A DNA stretch of 64,000 bases from Treponemataceae bacterium (GTDB taxonomy: Bacteria; Spirochaetota; Spirochaetia; Treponematales; Rectinemataceae), in assembly GCA_963677895.2 (NCBI GenBank), contig CAXXGJ010000038.1, positions 576,001-640,000 on the forward strand. The letters run 5' to 3'. Shown one piece after another: positions 57,952 through 64,000 of this stretch. Under the pieces are notes generated by a model, which was not told the DNA's origin, did no database searches, and saw only the letters and a list, made by a program, of their open reading frames with translations. Each line of letters starts with the position of its first letter. Position 1 is the stretch's first letter. Made by a program: the position numbers and the translations under genes.

Positions 57952-58901
57952 TGGACCTTATCACTTCGATTCTCGCGATCACGGTGAGGGCGGGCACGAG
58001 CCTCATCTTCGCCACCATCGGCGAGATTCTGACCGAGCGGGCGGGAATCCTCAACCTGGGCATCGAGGGCATCATGCTCATGGGCGCGGTGACGAGTTTC
58101 GCGGCTTCCTTCTACAGCCAGAATCTCGTGGTCGCCCTCCTCGTGGCCGCGGCCGTAGGCGCGGCCATGGCGACGGTCCATGCTTTCCTCACGGTGACCA
58201 TGCGCGCGAACCAGGTAGTCTCCGGCCTCTCGATCACGCTTTTCGGCACGGGTTTCTCGAGTTTCCTTGGCCAGCGTCTGGGACCGACTTCCAATAGTCT
58301 GCGCCTCATGGGACTGAAGGCCGCGAAATTCACGCCCCTGAAACTCGAGGCCGTCGCCGAGGTTCCCATACTCGGAGCCCTCTTCAGCCAGGACATCCTG
58401 ACCTATGCCGTCTACCTTCTCATACCGATATCCTGGTTCTACCTCTACAAGACGCGACCCGGCCTGTGGCTCCGTTCCATCGGGGAGGACCCACAGACGG
58501 CCGACGCCATGGGCATCGACGTCATCAAGTCCAAGTATCTCTACACGATCCTGGGGGGCGCCCTGATGGGTCTGGGTGGCGCCCACCTCTCACTCTCCTA
58601 CACGCCGGGCTGGTCCGAGAACATCACAGGCGGCCGCGGATGGATCGTGGTGGCCCTCGTGATCTTCTCGATGTGGAATCCGGCGCGCTCGATCTGGGGC
58701 GCCCTGCTTTTCGGCGGAATCAACGCCGTCCAGTTCAGGCTCCAGGCTTCCGGCACTAATATCCCCGCCGCCTTCCTCAACATGCTTCCCTATCTAGGGA
58801 CGATCGCTGTGCTCGTGCTCATGACCTGGTGGGAGGCGCTGTCGAAGAAGATCGGGGCGCCCGCCGCCTTGAGCAAGGCCTATATGAGGGAAGACAAGTA
58901 G
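57951..58901 (+). CDS. Nucleoside ABC permease
   Basis: ERAGILNLGIEG, ANQVVSG, GRGWI. Confidence 0.9.
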   Translation: MDLITSILAITVRAGTSLIFATIGEILTERAGILNLGIEGIMLMGAVTSFAASFYSQNLVVALLVAAAVGAAMATVHAFLTVTMRANQVVSGLSITLFGTGFSSFLGQRLGPTSNSLRLMGLKAAKFTPLKLEAVAEVPILGALFSQDILTYAVYLLIPISWFYLYKTRPGLWLRSIGEDPQTADAMGIDVIKSKYLYTILGGALMGLGGAHLSLSYTPGWSENITGGRGWIVVALVIFSMWNPARSIWGALLFGGINAVQFRLQASGTNIPAAFLNMLPYLGTIAVLVLMTWWEALSKKIGAPAALSKAYMREDK

Positions 58902-58926
58902 CGGAATTCCGACGTCGCGAAAACTG

Positions 58927-58952
58927 GGCGTTCCCGCGGGGACGCCTTTTTC
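58927..58952 (+). terminator. Intrinsic terminator
   Basis: GGCGTTCCCGCGGGGACGCC followed by TTTTTT. Confidence 0.65.
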
Positions 58953-59037
58953 ATGTCCCGCGCTCCATAGAAAAACATTGCGCGCCGCAGGCTTTCCGGC
59001 TATCATTGAGAGCTAAGCATTCTGACGAGGAGCGGGC

Positions 59038-60756
59038 ATGAACAAAGACCTTATCGATACCGCGGCCGGAAAGGTTCCGTGCGACCTCAACATCAGAAAC
59101 TGCACGATCGTCGATGTGCTCGGCGGTACCTTCATCGAGAAGGCCACGGTATCGGTTCGCAGCGGCAGGATCGTCGGGGTGAACGACGGTCTCGAAGCCA
59201 AGGCCGAGATCGATTTGGGCGGGAAATTCCTCGCCCCCGGCCTGGTGGATGCCCATGTCCACATAGAATCGTCGCTGCTTACCCCTGCCGAATATTCCCG
59301 CGTCGTCCTGCCTCACGGCACCACGACGGTGGTGGCCGATCCTCACGAAATCGTCAACGTCATGGGCTACGACGGCATGCGCTTCATGCTGGCCGCCTCG
59401 GACAACCTTCCCCTGGATATTTTCTTCATGGTTCCGTCCTGCGTGCCGGCCACCGAGTTCGATACGGCGGGCGCGGCGCTCTATGCCTCCGACATGTACC
59501 CCTTTCTCCAGGACAAAAGGGTTCTCGGCCTGGGCGAAGTGATGAATTACCCGGGCGTCCTGGCGCGCGAACAGCGGCTCATGGACAAGATCGCCCTCTT
59601 CACGAACGCGCATAAGCCCGTGGACGGACACGCGCCGGGTCTTTCGGGGGCCGCCCTCTCGGCTTACATACTGGCCGGAATCGGCTCGGACCACGAGTGC
59701 ACGACGCCCGCGGAGGCGGCGGAAAAGCTGTCCAAGGGCATGTATATCATGCTCAGGGAGGGTTCGACGGCCCGCGACCTGGGTCATCTCATCTCGGTCA
59801 TAACGCCTTCCTCGGTATCCAGATTCATGATCTGCTCGGACGACAGGCATTCCAACGACCTGCGCGACGAAGGCCACATGGACCACGCGCTCAGGCTTCT
59901 CCTCGCGGGTGGCGTGGCGCCCGTGGACGCCTTCAGGATAGCGGCGGCCAACCCCGCCCAGTGGTTCGGGATGAAGGACATCGGCGTGATCGCGCCGGGA
60001 TGCAAGGCCGATTTCGTCGCTTTTTCCTCATTCAAGGATTTCAGGGCGGAGATGGTGTTCAAGCGCGGCCGTCTCATCGCCGAAAACGGAGTTCTCCTGG
60101 AAAATTTCCCGCCGCGGCAGGTTTCGCTCCGGGACTCGGTGAACATCAAGTGGCTTACGGCGGGGGATTTCGTCATCCCCGACCAGGGCAAGAAGATCCG
60201 CGTCATCGAAGCCAGGCAGGATTCCATCATCACCGGCCATCTCGTGGAAAAGCCGACGGTAAGGAACGGCGAATGCGTCTCCGATCCTGAACGGGACCTC
60301 ATCAAGATATTCGTGATCGAGCGTCACATCGGCTCGGGGCGCATCGGCAAGGGTTTCATCAGGGGGCTCGGCCTGAAGCGCGGCGCCATCGGCGGCACGA
60401 TCAGCCACGACTCGCACAACATGATCATCGCTGGCGTGGACGACACCTCCATTTTCAAGGCGGCCCGGCATCTCAACAAGATGAAGGGCGGTCTCGTCTA
60501 TGCCGTGGGCAACGATATAATCCTCGATCTCCCGCTTCCTGTTGGGGGTCTCATGAGCGATCAAAACGCCGACTTCGTCATCGAGAGGCTTCGCGCTTTC
60601 GAGGAAATATTCATCCGCGAAGGCTTGACGAACCATTCGCCGCTGATGACTCTTTCTTTCATGGCCCTTCCCGTGATTCCCAGTCTCAAGATCACGGATG
60701 TGGGGCTCATCGACGTGGACCGCTTCGCGCCGGTGGATCTCTATGTGGATGAGTGA
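59038..60756 (+). CDS. ade: Adenine deaminase
   Basis: DAHVHIESS, DPHEI, EVMN, DGHAP, SDHE, CSDD, HDSHN. Confidence 0.95.
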   Translation: MNKDLIDTAAGKVPCDLNIRNCTIVDVLGGTFIEKATVSVRSGRIVGVNDGLEAKAEIDLGGKFLAPGLVDAHVHIESSLLTPAEYSRVVLPHGTTTVVADPHEIVNVMGYDGMRFMLAASDNLPLDIFFMVPSCVPATEFDTAGAALYASDMYPFLQDKRVLGLGEVMNYPGVLAREQRLMDKIALFTNAHKPVDGHAPGLSGAALSAYILAGIGSDHECTTPAEAAEKLSKGMYIMLREGSTARDLGHLISVITPSSVSRFMICSDDRHSNDLRDEGHMDHALRLLLAGGVAPVDAFRIAAANPAQWFGMKDIGVIAPGCKADFVAFSSFKDFRAEMVFKRGRLIAENGVLLENFPPRQVSLRDSVNIKWLTAGDFVIPDQGKKIRVIEARQDSIITGHLVEKPTVRNGECVSDPERDLIKIFVIERHIGSGRIGKGFIRGLGLKRGAIGGTISHDSHNMIIAGVDDTSIFKAARHLNKMKGGLVYAVGNDIILDLPLPVGGLMSDQNADFVIERLRAFEEIFIREGLTNHSPLMTLSFMALPVIPSLKITDVGLIDVDRFAPVDLYVDE

Positions 60757-62449
60757 GAAAAAAGCGGGTAAGGAACAGATAATAAAGATGGAAACGTTCA
60801 GGATATTCGTGAATGACGCCTGGGTCGAACCGAAAACGGGGCCCGGCACGCCCGCCCTCGACTTCATTCGGGGGGAGCTGGGGCTGACGGGAACGAAGGA
60901 AGGCTGCAGGGAGGGCGACTGCGGCGCCTGCGCCGTGCTGGTGGGGGAATTCGCCGCCGGCTGCGGAGACGGAGGCGACTGCGGCGGAGGCGCGCCGCGG
61001 TACCTGGCGGTACCGTCCTGCCTGCTGTCGCTGGGCGATCTCGCCGGAAAACACCTGATAACGATCGAAGGTTTGAGCGCTTCCGCGCCCGAGGGGCTGA
61101 CTCCCGTGATGCAGGCCTTCCTGGAAGAAAACGCGAGCCAGTGCGGATTCTGCAGCCCCGGCTTCGTCGTCAGCCTGAGCGCCTGGCTTGCGGGTCCGGG
61201 CAGGCCGGATCTGGCGGGAGCCATGATCGCCGCTGACGGCAACCTGTGCCGATGCACCGGGTATGGCGCCATAAGGAGAGCCGCCGAATGCCTCGCGAGG
61301 GAGTTCGGGGAACTGCCGCGGGATCCCACGGAGCGCCTGAAAGCGCTCGTGGAGAAAAGCGTGCTGCCGCGCTCGGTCCTCGCTTTTATGGCAGAGGCGA
61401 GACCCATGGTAAGTACCGAGACGAAGGTTTCGGCGGACAACGCGCCGGAGGCAGCCGACTCGCCGGATGGGGCCGACTTGCTGGAGGCGGCCACCTTGGT
61501 CGCCCTGGGCGGCGGAACCGACTACTATGTCAGGAATCCCTATCCGGCCGGCGATTTCAGGCCTCTACGCCTCCGCTCGTCCGATGATTTCAAGAAAATC
61601 GCCCGGATAAAATCCGCTGGTTCTCCGTGGATCAGGATAGGCGCCGCCGTGACCCTGCGCGATTTTTTCGCCTCCCTGTTGGTGCGGGAAGCCGCCCCCG
61701 GCATCGATACTTACGAAGGACAGTTCGCCAGCACGTTGATCAGGAATATCGCCACCGTAGGGGGCAACATCGCCAACGCTTCGCCCGTGGGGGACATCAC
61801 CTCCATGCTGATGGCTCTGGGCGCGAGGCTGGAAATTGGCGGGTACGCGGCTCAATCGGGCGGGTACGCCGGCGCGGCCGCAGGCGCCGACGCCGGCCCG
61901 GCCGCGGGCGCTGAAGCCGGATCGCGGCTCATTCCCATCGAGGATTTTTTCACAGGCTACAAGACGACGGCGCTCCGGAAAAACGAAATCATACGCGCCA
62001 TTCTGATACCGGACGCGCGAAAACGCCCCGATGAATCGGGCGGCCAATCGGGCGCTCCGGGGGCAAGGTCGGGGCTCCTGTTTTCCTTCGAGAAGATCGC
62101 GAAAAGGGAAAAACTCGATATCGCGGCGGTCAATACGGCCATTTCATTCCGTGTCGAGGAGGGCTTCGCGCGCGGAGTCAGGATCAGCGCTGGCGGCGTC
62201 GCCGCCGTTCCGACGCTGCTGAGGAAGGCTTCGGCGGCGCTGGAGGGTGCGGCTATCGACAGGAAGGACGCGAAGGCTCTGGCGAGACTCGCCAGGGAGG
62301 TCGGCTCGGCCGCCGAAGCCGAAATCTCGCCCATTGGCGACGTTCGAGGTTCGGCTTCCTACCGGAAAAGGATGACGGGCAGGCTCGTGCTGGCCCATTT
62401 CGTCCGCCTCTTCGGCGCCGACGGCATCGCGAAGGAGCTGTTTCCATGA
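60749..62449 (+). CDS. xdhA: Xanthine dehydrogenase small subunit (2x[2Fe-2S] + FAD)
   Basis: GTKEGCREGDCGAC, QCGFCSPG, GNLCRCTGY, ATVGGNIANASP; alternative start 60788. Confidence 0.9.
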   Translation: MSEKKAGKEQIIKMETFRIFVNDAWVEPKTGPGTPALDFIRGELGLTGTKEGCREGDCGACAVLVGEFAAGCGDGGDCGGGAPRYLAVPSCLLSLGDLAGKHLITIEGLSASAPEGLTPVMQAFLEENASQCGFCSPGFVVSLSAWLAGPGRPDLAGAMIAADGNLCRCTGYGAIRRAAECLAREFGELPRDPTERLKALVEKSVLPRSVLAFMAEARPMVSTETKVSADNAPEAADSPDGADLLEAATLVALGGGTDYYVRNPYPAGDFRPLRLRSSDDFKKIARIKSAGSPWIRIGAAVTLRDFFASLLVREAAPGIDTYEGQFASTLIRNIATVGGNIANASPVGDITSMLMALGARLEIGGYAAQSGGYAGAAAGADAGPAAGAEAGSRLIPIEDFFTGYKTTALRKNEIIRAILIPDARKRPDESGGQSGAPGARSGLLFSFEKIAKREKLDIAAVNTAISFRVEEGFARGVRISAGGVAAVPTLLRKASAALEGAAIDRKDAKALARLAREVGSAAEAEISPIGDVRGSASYRKRMTGRLVLAHFVRLFGADGIAKELFP

Positions 62450-64000
62450 AAACCATCGCCGAATCCGCCCTGAACCTGAGGGGCGCCACGAGATATATCG
62501 ACGACCTGCCCGAGCCCAGGGACTGCCTCCAGGCCGCGGCGAAGCTCTCCGAGAGCGCGCACGGACGGATATTGTCCATCGACGCCTCGGCGGCCCTCGC
62601 CCTCGATCCCTCGGTCAGGGTGATCACCGCCAAGGATGTGCCGGGCCAGAACCAGATAGGCTTCAATAAGCCGGATGAACCGCTCCTTCCCGACGAAGAA
62701 TGGGAATACTGGGGACAGCCTATAGCGCTCGTGCTCGCGAGGACGCGCTCGCTCGCGAGGAGAGCGGCCGCTGCCGTCCGGGTCAGCGGCGAGAACTTGC
62801 CGGCCGTGTTCGATCCGAGGGAAGCGGCCGCCGCCGCCGATTTCATACTGCCCTCGCGGACGATCAAGTGTGGAGAGCCCGAATCCGCTTTCGCGAGCTG
62901 CGTCCATGTGGTTTCGGGGCGAGTGGATTCGGGCGGCCAGGAGCATGTCTACCTCGAAACGCAGGGAGCTTACGCGGAGATCCGCGACGACAGAAAGGTC
63001 TTCGTCATTTCGAGCACGCAGGGTCCGACCGGCGTCCAGCGCGCCGTGGCGCAGTCCCTGGGCCTCGCCATGAACATGGTGGAAGTGGAAGCGCGCCGTC
63101 TTGGCGGAGGCTTCGGCGGCAAGGAAGATCAGGCCGCCATATGGGGCTCCCTCGCGGCGCTGGGAGCCTGGGTAAGCAGAAAACCCGTCAAGCTCTACCT
63201 CGACCGGCGTGTGGATATGCAAGCCACAGGGAAAAGGCATCCCTACTCAAGCGATTTCCGGATAGGCGCCGACGCCGACGGAAGGCTTCTGGCTTTCGAG
63301 GCCGACTACTACCAGAACTCCGGCTGCACCTGCGACCTTTCTCCCGCCATTCTCTCCAGAACCCTCCTCCACGCGACAGGCGCCTACAAAATTCCCAACG
63401 TGAGGGTGACGGGCAACATGTGCCGCACGAACCTGCCCTCCTTCACCGCCTTCCGCGGTTTCGGGGCTCCACAGGGCTTCTTCGTCATAGAAGCCGCCCT
63501 GGACGCTCTCGCTCGCTCCATGGGAATGGACAGGGTCGAACTCCAGCGCAGAAATCTCTACCGCGAAGGGGATTCTACCTATTTCGGCATGCCGCTCGAG
63601 CGCGTGCGCGCAGAGGAGTCCTTCGACAGGCTTCTCGAGAAAGTCTCCTGGAAGGAGCTTCGCGCCGACATCGAAGCCTTCAACGCCTCGAACAGCCTGG
63701 AAAAAAGAGGCGCCGCCATTCTTCCCCTCTGTTTCGGCATTTCCTTCACGAAGCTGCCGATGAACCAGGCGGGAGCCCTCGTGCATGTATACACGGACGG
63801 CTCCGTCCTCGTCTCGACAGGCGCCATCGAGATGGGCCAGCAGGTGTCGCGGAAAATCGCGCTGATCGCCGCGAAGACCCTGGGTATTCCCCAGGAAAGG
63901 GTTTCCGTGGAACGCACCACGACCCTGACCGTGGCCAACACCGTCCCCACGGCGGCGAGCACGGGCAGCGACCTCAACGGCATGGCGGCAAAAATCGCCT
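62446..64000 (+). CDS. xdhB: Xanthine dehydrogenase molybdopterin-binding subunit (partial)
   Basis: Manual translation from ATG 62446: MKTIAES...YIDDLP, QEHVYLET, RRLGGGFGGKE, AFRGFGAPQG, PTAASTGSD; runs off the window. Confidence 0.92.
   Translation, partial: MKTIAESALNLRGATRYIDDLPEPRDCLQAAAKLSESAHGRILSIDASAALALDPSVRVITAKDVPGQNQIGFNKPDEPLLPDEEWEYWGQPIALVLARTRSLARRAAAAVRVSGENLPAVFDPREAAAAADFILPSRTIKCGEPESAFASCVHVVSGRVDSGGQEHVYLETQGAYAEIRDDRKVFVISSTQGPTGVQRAVAQSLGLAMNMVEVEARRLGGGFGGKEDQAAIWGSLAALGAWVSRKPVKLYLDRRVDMQATGKRHPYSSDFRIGADADGRLLAFEADYYQNSGCTCDLSPAILSRTLLHATGAYKIPNVRVTGNMCRTNLPSFTAFRGFGAPQGFFVIEAALDALARSMGMDRVELQRRNLYREGDSTYFGMPLERVRAEESFDRLLEKVSWKELRADIEAFNASNSLEKRGAAILPLCFGISFTKLPMNQAGALVHVYTDGSVLVSTGAIEMGQQVSRKIALIAAKTLGIPQERVSVERTTTLTVANTVPTAASTGSDLNGMAAKIA

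Overview
This is a GC-rich bacterial chromosomal segment, probably from a free-living spirochaete (weak inference from the polA-coaE-SPOR gene order and overall gene style). I recognised no rRNA, tRNA, CRISPR array or mobile element. The most unusual locus is at the left edge: a translationally coupled minus-strand operon. It encodes a small membrane protein, then a DUF2207-like membrane protein whose C-terminus is nine tandem A-C-x-x (mostly ACHS) repeats, then a radical SAM enzyme. The enzyme has CxxxCxxC and an RRE/PqqD-like N-terminus, runs off the window, and is missed by the ORF track. Together this looks like a radical-SAM modification system acting on a Cys-rich tail fused to a membrane protein. 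Next come a P-type ATPase with a GbsR/MarR regulator and a poly-gamma-glutamate (pgsB-pgsC-pgsW) cluster preceded by an atypical TRAP-like transporter and two exported peptidases. Two genes carry single lesions: a D-cysteine desulfhydrase-like gene with an in-frame amber and a frameshifted xylA (beside intact xylB). There are two large catabolic clusters of unknown substrate: twin enolase-superfamily dehydratases + TRAP, and a Liv-type ABC + LeuA-like + Buk/Ptb + UxaA + Ldh2 + LarA + M20 cluster. The window ends with psuK/psuG, polA (with a perfect 15-bp tandem repeat), coaE, and a purine uptake/adenine deaminase/xanthine dehydrogenase cluster. Family names come from motif recognition only; no database searches were run.
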